Assembly: GCA_015222755.1 (NCBI GenBank)
Contig: JADFVX010000064.1
Span: forward strand, 1 to 55,104
Source of the DNA: Pseudomonadota bacterium
Lineage (GTDB): Bacteria > Desulfobacterota > JADFVX01
Reading direction: 5' to 3'
Length of the DNA stretch: 55,104 nt
The position numbers were made by a program, and so were the translations under genes. Each line of letters begins with the position of its first letter. Position 1 is the stretch's first letter. Positions 18,456-26,103 of this stretch are shown piece by piece. Below the pieces are notes generated by a model. That model had not been told where the DNA came from, ran no database searches, and worked only from the letters and a program-made list of their open reading frames with translations.

Positions 18456-19052
18456 ATGGATAATAAGAATATAAGCCGCCGCTCCTTTATCAGGGCGGGT
18501 GCCATTTCAACGGCAACAATCCTCTTCCCCGGCCCTGTCATGGCCGCGCTGAGGTCACTTTCTCCTGCCGAGAGGAGCCTCGCCTTCTACAATACCCATA
18601 CAGGGGAAAGGTTTAAAAGCGTCTACTGGGCATCGGGCGAATATCTTCCAGAGGCGCTGACAGGTATAGACCGTATCCTGCGCGACCACCGGACCGGGGA
18701 GGTAAAGCCGATTGACAGGAGGCTCCTGGATCTCCTTTTTACACTGAAGGGGAAGCTGGGCTCTGAAAATGAATTTCATGTCATATCAGGATACCGCTCC
18801 CCAGCCTCCAACAGCCTTCTCAACAAGAATAGCAGCGGTGTGGCCAAGAAGAGTTTCCACCTGAACGGCAAGGCCATCGATATAAGCCTGCCAGGGTCGG
18901 ATCTCTCCAAGCTCAGAACCGCCGCACTGGCGCTGCAGGGTGGCGGAGTCGGCTACTACCCCGACTCTAACTTCGTTCACCTCGATGTAGGTCCCTTTCG
19001 TCAATGGTCTTTAGCCAAAAAGACCTCCCCTGCCACTCCAAAGACTAAATAA
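18456..19052 (+). CDS. DUF882 / peptidase M15A family protein (YcbK/MepK-like murein endopeptidase) with a Tat signal
   Basis: A twin-arginine motif (SRRSFIRAG) and the motifs SGYRSP...HL.G.A.D...HLD are present. It is adjacent to the ycbB-like gene, as in E. coli. Confidence 0.85.
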   Translation: MDNKNISRRSFIRAGAISTATILFPGPVMAALRSLSPAERSLAFYNTHTGERFKSVYWASGEYLPEALTGIDRILRDHRTGEVKPIDRRLLDLLFTLKGKLGSENEFHVISGYRSPASNSLLNKNSSGVAKKSFHLNGKAIDISLPGSDLSKLRTAALALQGGGVGYYPDSNFVHLDVGPFRQWSLAKKTSPATPKTK

Positions 19053-19086
19053 TTAGGGACAGCTGACCCTGTTTTCTTGGAGCATT

Positions 19087-19116
19087 AAAAAAGGCCGGAA
19101 ATACCCGGCCTTTTTT
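19087..19116. terminator. Bidirectional rho-independent terminator (AAAAAAGGCCGG-AAATAC-CCGGCCTTTTTT)
   Basis: A GC stem is flanked by an A-run and a T-run. It sits between convergent genes ending at 19052 (+) and 19139 (-). Confidence 0.7.
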
Positions 19117-19138
19117 AAGATCAATCTTATTCAAGAGA

Positions 19139-19318
19139 CTATTTTCCCTTTTTGACGATCGTATGTTTTGTCTTCTTGCTTCCACTGTATGAGTGTTCCT
19201 TAATGAAGCCTCTACTCTCCTTGAGGTCTTTCTTGTCATACTCTTCATTCAACTGCAGCTCGGCATCCTCTATGACATCCCGGTCCTTCTCTTCAAAATC
19301 TTCTTCGCTCTCGATCAT
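19139..19318 (-). CDS. Small hypothetical protein, 59 aa (MIESEEDFEEKDRDVIEDAELQLNEEYDKKDLKESRGFIKEHSYSGSKKTKHTIVKKGK)
   Basis: It falls below the 60-aa cutoff of the ORF track. AAGGAGG lies 4 nt upstream of the ATG, and the ORF ends just before the bidirectional terminator. The protein has an acidic head and a basic tail. Confidence 0.55.
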   Translation of the reverse strand: MIESEEDFEEKDRDVIEDAELQLNEEYDKKDLKESRGFIKEHSYSGSKKTKHTIVKKGK

Positions 19319-19397
19319 GATTCCTCCTTGTTTTTAAATTTCGGAAAAAACAAAAACCGCATATTTGCAGCTAAGCAATACATAACTCCTCACCTAA

Positions 19398-19426
19398 ATT
19401 AAAGCATATCTTGATCAGGGTTGCAA
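19398..19426 (-). promoter_or_regulatory. Candidate sigma-70-type promoter for the 59-aa ORF (minus strand TTGCAA-17 nt-TTTAAT)
   Basis: Hexamers lie at 19421-19426 and 19398-19403. An equivalent TTGTAA-17-TTTATT sits at the same position relative to repeat copy B. Confidence 0.3.
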
Positions 19427-19492
19427 CTTTCTGATTGAAAGCTGCTACTATTCAAGGAAGGCCGATCTTTAGAACTACAGTAAGGAAGCATT
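19421..19492. repeat. 72-nt intergenic repeat, copy A (partner 24551-24622)
   Basis: Hand alignment gives 7 mismatches over 72 nt, same orientation. Weaker similarity extends about 20 nt further (AAAGCATATC / AAAACATATC). Confidence 0.8.
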
Positions 19493-19673
19493 GAGCAGTA
19501 CACCTACTACTAAACAAATCTAAAGAAAGAATATTTTGAGGATTACTAATTGAAAGGAGGTATAGAAGGAAGGTTCCTAATAATAAGCATTACAGAGATA
19601 AAAATAGAGTAATGTTGTTATAAGCTGTGATCTCCAACATATCCAAAGCTGACACTTCTTCCGAGGTAAAGAC

Positions 19674-21134
19674 CTAGCTTTTCGTCGGCATAGTGAAGAT
19701 AAACTTGCTTCCCTTACCTAAATCACTCTCTACCCAGATCTTTCCACCGTGTGCTTCGGCAATGTTTTTGCACAGCGCAAGACCTAGGCCCGTTCCCTGC
19801 TCTTTCTTCATATTGGATGAATCGAGCTGCTTGAATGATTTAAAAAGCTTCGGAATGTCCTCCTCCTTTATCCCGCAGCCATTGTCAGATACTGATATTT
19901 CTACCATCCCATTTTCAGTATCTCTTGTGGCGAGTGTTATGAATCCACCGTCAGGCGAAAACTTGACGGCGTTGCTGAGCAGGTTTATCAGCAACTGCTT
20001 TAAGCGCATATCGTCAGCGTAGCACGTTTCTGTTTTGCTTTCTATGTCAGTGCTAATAGTGAGCTGCTTTTTCATAGCCTTTTCCTTGAAGAAGATGAGG
20101 CTCCTTTCTATCAAACCAGGCAAGTTGATATCTTCGCATTGAAGCTTCATCTCTCCAGCCTCGAACTTGGAATGATCAAGTATCTCATTTATAAGGTCAA
20201 GTAGGTGATTACCGCTGTCATTGATATCTCCTGCATATTCCTTGTGCTTGTCCGATATCTCTCCACCCAGCCCCATCTTCATCATCTCGGAAAAACCGAT
20301 GATGGCATTTAAAGGTGTTCTCAATTCATGGCTCATATTGGCAAGAAAGTCCGATTTTGCGCTGTTTGCTCTCTCAACCTTTATTTTTTCTTGTTCTAAT
20401 TGTGACGTTCGTATTTTTATCGCTTTTTCCAACTCTTTTGAGTATGTTTTTTGTTTTTTAATCATAATAATGACCCCAACAATACCTAAGATGGAAAGCA
20501 CAACATAAATAATAATCGTTTTCTTAAGATCATTATTAGTTGTGGCTATAATTTTATCTAAGGGTATTTTAATCTCTAGCACTCCACGTACATCACCTGC
20601 TTTCCAGTTTGTCCGTGGTGAATCTGGGTGATTGTTATGACAACTGACACAATCATCACGCATTTGATCCGCTACTGCATAGCGTAAGGCCTTATTGTTT
20701 TTTATGTCAAACTTGAAATAAGGTTCTTTAGGGTTTTTAGATAATTTTGCCCATGCCTCTTTGCTAAATTCATCTTTAAAACTCTCATCTTTTTTCCTCC
20801 ATGGAAATGGGTATGGACTATATAGACTTGCTGTTGCACCCGAACCGCTCTCCCCGATTCTCTTTCCTAAAAGAATACTAAGTGTTGCAGGCAGGGGGAT
20901 AGCTTTCTTGTTTAAGTAATCATGTCTAGCTTGCAGTCCATGTTCTTCAGCAACAGCAACTACTTCAGAAGTGTATAAATCACGGAATTCTTCAAGCGCA
21001 TCACTATAGAGCTTTGCATAATGGAGCGCTGATGATTTAACAACGTTTTCCTGAAGATTTTTTGTATGCACAACCATCCCTATTGCAATGGATGAAAACA
21101 ATATAAATATAAATATTAAGGCTCGATAATTCAT
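19674..21134 (-). CDS. Sensor histidine kinase with a periplasmic c-type-haem (CxxCH, DUF3365-like) sensor domain
   Basis: Two TM segments flank a ~190-aa periplasmic domain containing CVSCH (nt 20637-20651). The H-box HELRTPLNAI and HATPase N/G boxes are present. No response regulator is adjacent. Confidence 0.88.
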   Translation of the reverse strand: MNYRALIFIFILFSSIAIGMVVHTKNLQENVVKSSALHYAKLYSDALEEFRDLYTSEVVAVAEEHGLQARHDYLNKKAIPLPATLSILLGKRIGESGSGATASLYSPYPFPWRKKDESFKDEFSKEAWAKLSKNPKEPYFKFDIKNNKALRYAVADQMRDDCVSCHNNHPDSPRTNWKAGDVRGVLEIKIPLDKIIATTNNDLKKTIIIYVVLSILGIVGVIIMIKKQKTYSKELEKAIKIRTSQLEQEKIKVERANSAKSDFLANMSHELRTPLNAIIGFSEMMKMGLGGEISDKHKEYAGDINDSGNHLLDLINEILDHSKFEAGEMKLQCEDINLPGLIERSLIFFKEKAMKKQLTISTDIESKTETCYADDMRLKQLLINLLSNAVKFSPDGGFITLATRDTENGMVEISVSDNGCGIKEEDIPKLFKSFKQLDSSNMKKEQGTGLGLALCKNIAEAHGGKIWVESDLGKGSKFIFTMPTKS

Positions 21135-21642
21135 TGTTTTATAAATTTAAAATTGAGATATTTTTTTCAGGGGTTTGCAAAAATGGGTTATGAAAGGAGG
21201 AATCTTTATTGAATCTTTAAAATAATGGTTCGGCTATTCTATTTTTATGCAATTTTCACAGCTTGGTTTCATTAGCATTAATTCCCATCTCAACAAATCT
21301 GGACATTTATACCACATTAAAAATCAAAAAGCGCAACATATATTACTTTTTTGCATTTTCCCGTGGAATTTGTGTTGGTTGCTTGAAACAAGGCTGGCTT
21401 TTATTGATTTCAGTTTGTAATCTGCACTTTTTGAATTGCTTGCCAAAATCAACATTACAGGAAGGAAGTGTTGAGGACTTCATCTACGAAGGCTCAGAAA
21501 TTGAAAGTATGGAAGTTGACGATTACTGTAAAAAGGTTGAATATATGATAATGGCTGACAGTCATCAACTATAATTTTTTCAACAAACCCTTTTTACTGG
21601 ATAAACTTATATATAAATCAATAATAAGTGGGGGAGATTCAA

Positions 21643-21925
21643 ATGACAAAAGTTGTGCGTGTAACACCGGAAGAGACCTATAAGAAAGTGGAATCAGGTA
21701 AAGCGCTGCTTGCATGCGCTTACGATGATGATGAAAAGTTCAGGCTGATGCAACTGCAAGGAGCGGTCTCGTTTAGTGAATTGGAATCGAAACTCGAATC
21801 ACTGCCAAAAAACCAGGAGATCATCTTCTATTGCGCCTGAATACATTAAAAAAGGTTATAAAGATGCAAAGTGTCTCGGTGGCGGCGTCGAGGCCTGGAA
21901 AAGTGCCGGCTATCCAGTAAAGTAG
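21643..21925 (+). pseudogene. Single-domain rhodanese, disrupted (frameshift plus loss of the active-site loop)
   Basis: Frame 1 reads ...EIIFYCA then TGA. Frame 2 continues EYIKKGYKDAKCLGGGVEAWKSAGYPVK*. The expected CxxGxRS loop and the following helix are missing between the two parts. Confidence 0.6.
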
Positions 21926-22005
21926 TCATAATTCAAGCATCTTTATTAACACTGTTTGGTGCACATATCACCGGGAAATGTTTCTGTTTAAGCTCGGACG
22001 TATTC

Positions 22006-22401
22006 TCAATCAATCTCCCCTATCCACTCCTCCGGTGGGACACAGTCAATCTCCTTGCCGCAGGAAGGACAGTAGTAGCAGTTTTTCCCTCCGGCATCCC
22101 TGCCAAAGGCCGGCCCTTTGCAGACAGGGCATATTTCAAAACCTAAACAGGGTATTTCGTCTGCATATTCAAGCTCAACACTTCCACTTTTAATTGGTTT
22201 TGTAACGTATAATGGGTTTCCATCCATATCAGCAAAAAAGGCCCCTTTTTCGCTCATAGCAGGCACTTCATATCCTTTTCCCTCTGCTGTCTTGAGGCAT
22301 TCCGCTCGACTCCCTATACCTTCCTGAAGAGTGTTCCCGTTTTCGGAATCAAAGATGTACCATCCATCACTTTCTTCAACAATAAGAACTTTTTTACACA
22401 T
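22006..22401 (-). CDS. Hypothetical protein with a C-terminal CPxC...CPxC zinc-ribbon
   Basis: ATG 22401 is preceded by GGGGGAGG. The ribbon reads CPVCKGPAFGRDAGGKNCYYCPSCG. Confidence 0.6.
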   Translation of the reverse strand: MCKKVLIVEESDGWYIFDSENGNTLQEGIGSRAECLKTAEGKGYEVPAMSEKGAFFADMDGNPLYVTKPIKSGSVELEYADEIPCLGFEICPVCKGPAFGRDAGGKNCYYCPSCGKEIDCVPPEEWIGEID

Positions 22402-22581
22402 ATTCCTCCCCCTTTCTGTCCCTTCTGTCTTAATGTCAGAGAACTTATTCTCCAAATGTTGTCAAAAGATCACGTCCGTCTTCCTCTTACTGAATAAGGA
22501 TGTCCTTAGTTATCCCCATCTGCCATCTCCTTTGTGTTTATAATAAAATAAGTTTAATCCCTCTTTTCAAATAGCACGACA

Positions 22582-22761
22582 CTACTTCCTGATCCCTTCG
22601 ATGCCTAGGTCAAACTCTATTTTATCGCCCGTTGATCCGAGGTCGTATGTGATGCCAAAATCGCTCTTTTTCAGCGCCATCTTCCCCACAAAGCCTATAC
22701 GGTAGCCGCCACACCTCTCTAATGGTGTAACAAGAGAATCGGCTTGTTTAGTGGCAGGACT
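22582..22761 (-). pseudogene. 3-prime remnant of a YceI-family gene (about 59 codons, no start)
   Basis: The minus-strand frame reads ...LERCGGYRIGFVGKMALKKSDFGITYDLGSTGDKIEFDLGIEGIRK*. This matches the C-terminal GF...R.DFG......v.l.i.. pattern of YceI proteins. An in-frame stop lies immediately upstream. Confidence 0.45.
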
Positions 22762-22772
22762 TTAAGGCTGAA

Positions 22773-23147
22773 TCAGTGCATCAACTCTACGATCCGTATC
22801 TCCAGTGCTGTCGCCTTGTCACCGTAAAAACGCAGAAAAACTCGAAAAGTGCTGTATGGGATGCCGTAGGCCTCCTTTTTCGCTAATTCCTTGAATGCCG
22901 GGTAGGCTGCTGCCCCTTTTTTTAAGATGCATGCCTTTTCCGTACAGATATGCCATTTTGCGTCATCTGCAATGATGTAGGTCTTGTGTTTCTTTTCCGG
23001 AAAGACCTCGTCAATCGTTATTTTGCGGTCAGTTGCACTGATATCAATCAGCCATCCTAATGCCTCTGCATAAGCATCTGCGGAGAAGAAAAGAAGAACA
23101 GCGACCGCCAGATTGAAAAACCAGAGTTTTTTATACATAATCTCCAT
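22773..23147 (-). CDS. Small secreted hypothetical protein
   Basis: AAGGAG lies 7 nt upstream of ATG 23147. The signal peptide ends ADAYA. Confidence 0.55.
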   Translation of the reverse strand: MEIMYKKLWFFNLAVAVLLFFSADAYAEALGWLIDISATDRKITIDEVFPEKKHKTYIIADDAKWHICTEKACILKKGAAAYPAFKELAKKEAYGIPYSTFRVFLRFYGDKATALEIRIVELMH

Positions 23148-23412
23148 AGCGATACTCCTTAAATTAACTCTACCATCTATTCTTCAAGTTGCAAATATTT
23201 AGAAATATTTTTTGACGATTACAGATTGTAATCTACTATGTTGGAGCGAAGGATGTTTTTGATGCTTTCAGGAATAAAGGGTTGAGGCTTTCACCTACAA
23301 CTTAATGATATTTCTTATGAAATGATTTGAAGATTACACGGAGCAAGTAGATTTAATTAAGCGGCCGCGTCTAGGCGGGATTACGGGATATGCATGACAA
23401 AAGAAAACCTTG

Positions 23413-24405
23413 TCAGGAAACGCCCTTTAATTCCTTTTCAAGCCTTGAGAGAATAAAGGAAGAGGCAATGAGAATAATTACCACAGCAAATATACAGATG
23501 ACTACGACCATCAGGATGTACCCGTAAAAGGCGCTGACGGCGTCGGTCATGTCGACCATAACCGATATGTGGCCTATCTCTTTGTTGTTCACATCCAAAA
23601 GCGGCAAGTACCCGGTCCGGTATGTACGGGCACCCACTCTAACATCTATAGATACTGCATCCCTGGCAAGCTGTTCATCGGAGAGAAATTTTACTAGCAT
23701 TGGGGGCAGATCCCCAATAGGTTCACCGATATTGACACTCGCCAGGAAACGGGCCCATTCAGCCTTGCGGCCCAGCAGCTCCAGCCCCTCTTCCCATCCG
23801 CCCCGGACTATATGCTTCTTGTGAATGAAGGCATAGGCCTTTATGTCGAGGAACTTGCGCAGCTCTCCTACGGCATGCTCGACATCCTTGCCGAGCTCCA
23901 GGTAACCGATTAGGTCCTCACCATCAAACCAGGGAGTGACGACCCTCAGAGTAAAGGTCCCGAAGGGACCCAGTTCCATGCCGGAAGACTCCTTGCCGGT
24001 GATTCCCGCCTGGAGGGTTGTCTGCCGGTTTATACTGTCTCCGAAACGCTCCGGGTTATGGACCCGCAGTATGTTGGTTCGGTTAGGGCCTGTAAAGTAG
24101 AAATGGGTAACATCCCGCGGTTGTAGTTGCTTGTAAAGCGGCCCGGAAAGTTCGAGCAATAGCTCCCTGTCACCCTTTTTGAATGCCTCCTTTATATCAC
24201 TGTTTTGCATTATTGCCTTGAGAGTAGATCCCATTTCGTAAGTTTCATGCTCTGCAAGACCATCGTAGTACCTGCCGAGCAGGGTGAGCTTGCGATCCAC
24301 ATAATTTTGAAGCTGCTTTTGCTGCATCTGGTAGGATAGAACGACCAAGGCGATGGTCATGCCGAGGAGGACAAGGGAAAGGGTAAAGAGTATTTGTTTT
24401 TTCAT
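23413..24405 (-). CDS. Membrane-bound double-Cache-like (Cache_3-Cache_2-type) sensor domain protein lacking any output domain
   Basis: Layout is TM1, a ~270-aa periplasmic domain (motif HFYFTGPNRTNILRVHNPERFGD), TM2, then only about 15 residues before the stop. Confidence 0.7.
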   Translation of the reverse strand: MKKQILFTLSLVLLGMTIALVVLSYQMQQKQLQNYVDRKLTLLGRYYDGLAEHETYEMGSTLKAIMQNSDIKEAFKKGDRELLLELSGPLYKQLQPRDVTHFYFTGPNRTNILRVHNPERFGDSINRQTTLQAGITGKESSGMELGPFGTFTLRVVTPWFDGEDLIGYLELGKDVEHAVGELRKFLDIKAYAFIHKKHIVRGGWEEGLELLGRKAEWARFLASVNIGEPIGDLPPMLVKFLSDEQLARDAVSIDVRVGARTYRTGYLPLLDVNNKEIGHISVMVDMTDAVSAFYGYILMVVVICIFAVVIILIASSFILSRLEKELKGVS

Positions 24406-24550
24406 AGTGGGAGTACTTTTATTATTTTTTATTATCTTATCATGTCGGAAATTAGAGGTAGAGCTTTAATTAAAGAGGCTGCTTCGACCTTGCCTGTTTT
24501 CAACATAAATTAAAAGGGACACGTTAAAATAAAACATATCTGGGAAGAGA

Positions 24551-24622
24551 TTACAACTTTCTGATTGAAAGCTAGCACTATTCAAGAAAGGCCGATCTTT
24601 AGAACTACAGGAAGGAAGAATT
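24551..24622. repeat. 72-nt intergenic repeat, copy B
   Basis: See copy A. It lies between the terminator of the DUF3999 gene and the start of 23413-24405. Confidence 0.8.
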
Positions 24623-24623
24623 C

Positions 24624-24648
24624 AAAAAAATAGGTGCTTACCTATTTT
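24624..24648 (-). terminator. Candidate rho-independent terminator after the DUF3999 gene
   Basis: A 9-bp AT-rich stem (AAAATAGGT / ACCTATTTT) is followed on the minus strand by extra T residues. Confidence 0.4.
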
Positions 24649-24699
24649 CTCGCTTAAATTTAGGAGAGACACATAACATTAAAATTCACCCTGTCTGAC

Positions 24700-26103
24700 T
24701 CATTCTGCTTCCTCGTTGTTGTCCTTGATTTGAAGTTGCCTGTATAATAAGATCGACATCCAGCCAATAACAAAAACACCGGCAAACATAATAGTCCAAA
24801 GAATATATTTTTTCCACGGCCATACAGACGGCAAGGGTTTTAATTGTTTTTCTCCACCAATGATAAATTCTGAAGAGTGTGTAAGCAGTCTGGGAGTAAT
24901 ATTTCTGCCTACACTTGCCTTGTATTTGTTTAGCAATGCATCGATATGGAAGCTTGTTGGCTCAACACTCCTGCTTCCATAGGCTATCTGGAAAGGGCCT
25001 GAACCCTGAGCTAGAAAAACAAGTCGTCTAGCTTGCCAGCCAAATTCCAGCACAGGGATACCATTTATTTCAGATTCACTCTCTTCCGTAACAATCATCC
25101 AATAACGTTGAGCTGTAGACCTGACAATTACAGGGGAATTGAATATCTGATCTCCTTTAAAATCGAGGTTGTAAACTAGTCCCCTCCAATGTTCTTTCAT
25201 TGGACCTTCCGAAGAGTCCCCAGATGATAATCTTAATCCTGCCATAGCATTATTTTCCGGCAAGCGAATTCTTATCCTGTCTACATGCAGGAAACCTTTG
25301 AGATCAACTAAGTACTTCCCCGGCTCACCAGACACAGGAATAACCTGCGGTGTCAGCCATCTTCTCGCCGGATTTTCCACAGTATTGCTTATACGCGATA
25401 CAAGAGCCACTTTTGTTAAATCAATTGGGGTTTGATCTGCTGCCCAGCTAAAACGCAGGTACTTGGCTTTGCAATTATTCAAGATTATCTTGTTTCTATC
25501 AAGCCGGTAGCCTTGATACCCTAGCCTTGCTACCGTTTCAGTGACAAGACTACGCCAATTAGTAAGATCATCACTCGAATCGACAATGATGATGCCAAAA
25601 AAGTCTGCTTCAGCGTCAGACCATGAGAGTTCAATTGCATAAATAGGTTCTTTGAGGGCGCTGGCATCTACAAGGTAGGAGAGTGTCTTTTCTTCTTTTG
25701 AAGCATCCCTTCGGCTAGGCGCTTTGACATCAACAATTGTGCCTTCCTCATTCTTTTCAACATGAACGGACAGGCCGCCAGTTTTATTATCCAGTTCCCC
25801 CTTTATAGGGAAAAAGGGCAAGTTTTTATAGATGATATCTTTCTGGCTGGTTATATTTCCCGGTCTGCGCAAGGCATGGGGTACTACCTGTCCGGAACCA
25901 TTAAAGACCCTGACATCCCCAAGATCACGGCGTGTTGTCTTTTGATATATCTCAAGAGGGATTTCTAATTCATAGAAGGCGTTGTCCCCGGAAACTTCCA
26001 GTTGCATGCCATAGGCAAACATCTCAGGCCTTGGCACCGTTTTGGCAAAAGACGTTCCTACAATCCCCAAAAAGAAAATAGATAAAATAAAATATTTTTT
26101 CAT
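24700..26103 (-). CDS. DUF3999-like protein (signal peptide, large periplasmic domain, C-terminal TM anchor)
   Basis: 467 aa. The N-terminal pattern F.YGM.LE......FYELEIPLEIY....R.DLGDVRVFNGSGQVVPHAL is as I recall for DUF3999. A 4-nt overlap (ATGA) links it to the upstream gene. Confidence 0.7.
   Translation of the reverse strand: MKKYFILSIFFLGIVGTSFAKTVPRPEMFAYGMQLEVSGDNAFYELEIPLEIYQKTTRRDLGDVRVFNGSGQVVPHALRRPGNITSQKDIIYKNLPFFPIKGELDNKTGGLSVHVEKNEEGTIVDVKAPSRRDASKEEKTLSYLVDASALKEPIYAIELSWSDAEADFFGIIIVDSSDDLTNWRSLVTETVARLGYQGYRLDRNKIILNNCKAKYLRFSWAADQTPIDLTKVALVSRISNTVENPARRWLTPQVIPVSGEPGKYLVDLKGFLHVDRIRIRLPENNAMAGLRLSSGDSSEGPMKEHWRGLVYNLDFKGDQIFNSPVIVRSTAQRYWMIVTEESESEINGIPVLEFGWQARRLVFLAQGSGPFQIAYGSRSVEPTSFHIDALLNKYKASVGRNITPRLLTHSSEFIIGGEKQLKPLPSVWPWKKYILWTIMFAGVFVIGWMSILLYRQLQIKDNNEEAE

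Noticed and set aside
21263-21574. 103-aa plus-strand ORF in the AT-rich gap upstream of the rhodanese pseudogene
   Set aside because: It has a non-ATG start and no RBS. Its sequence is hydrophobic and low-complexity, typical of AT-rich non-coding DNA, and I recognise no family.
21838-21840. TGA after FYCA in the rhodanese gene as a possible selenocysteine codon
   Set aside because: Read-through in that frame hits TAA two codons later. The conserved C-terminal part lies in a different frame, so a frameshift or deletion explains it better.
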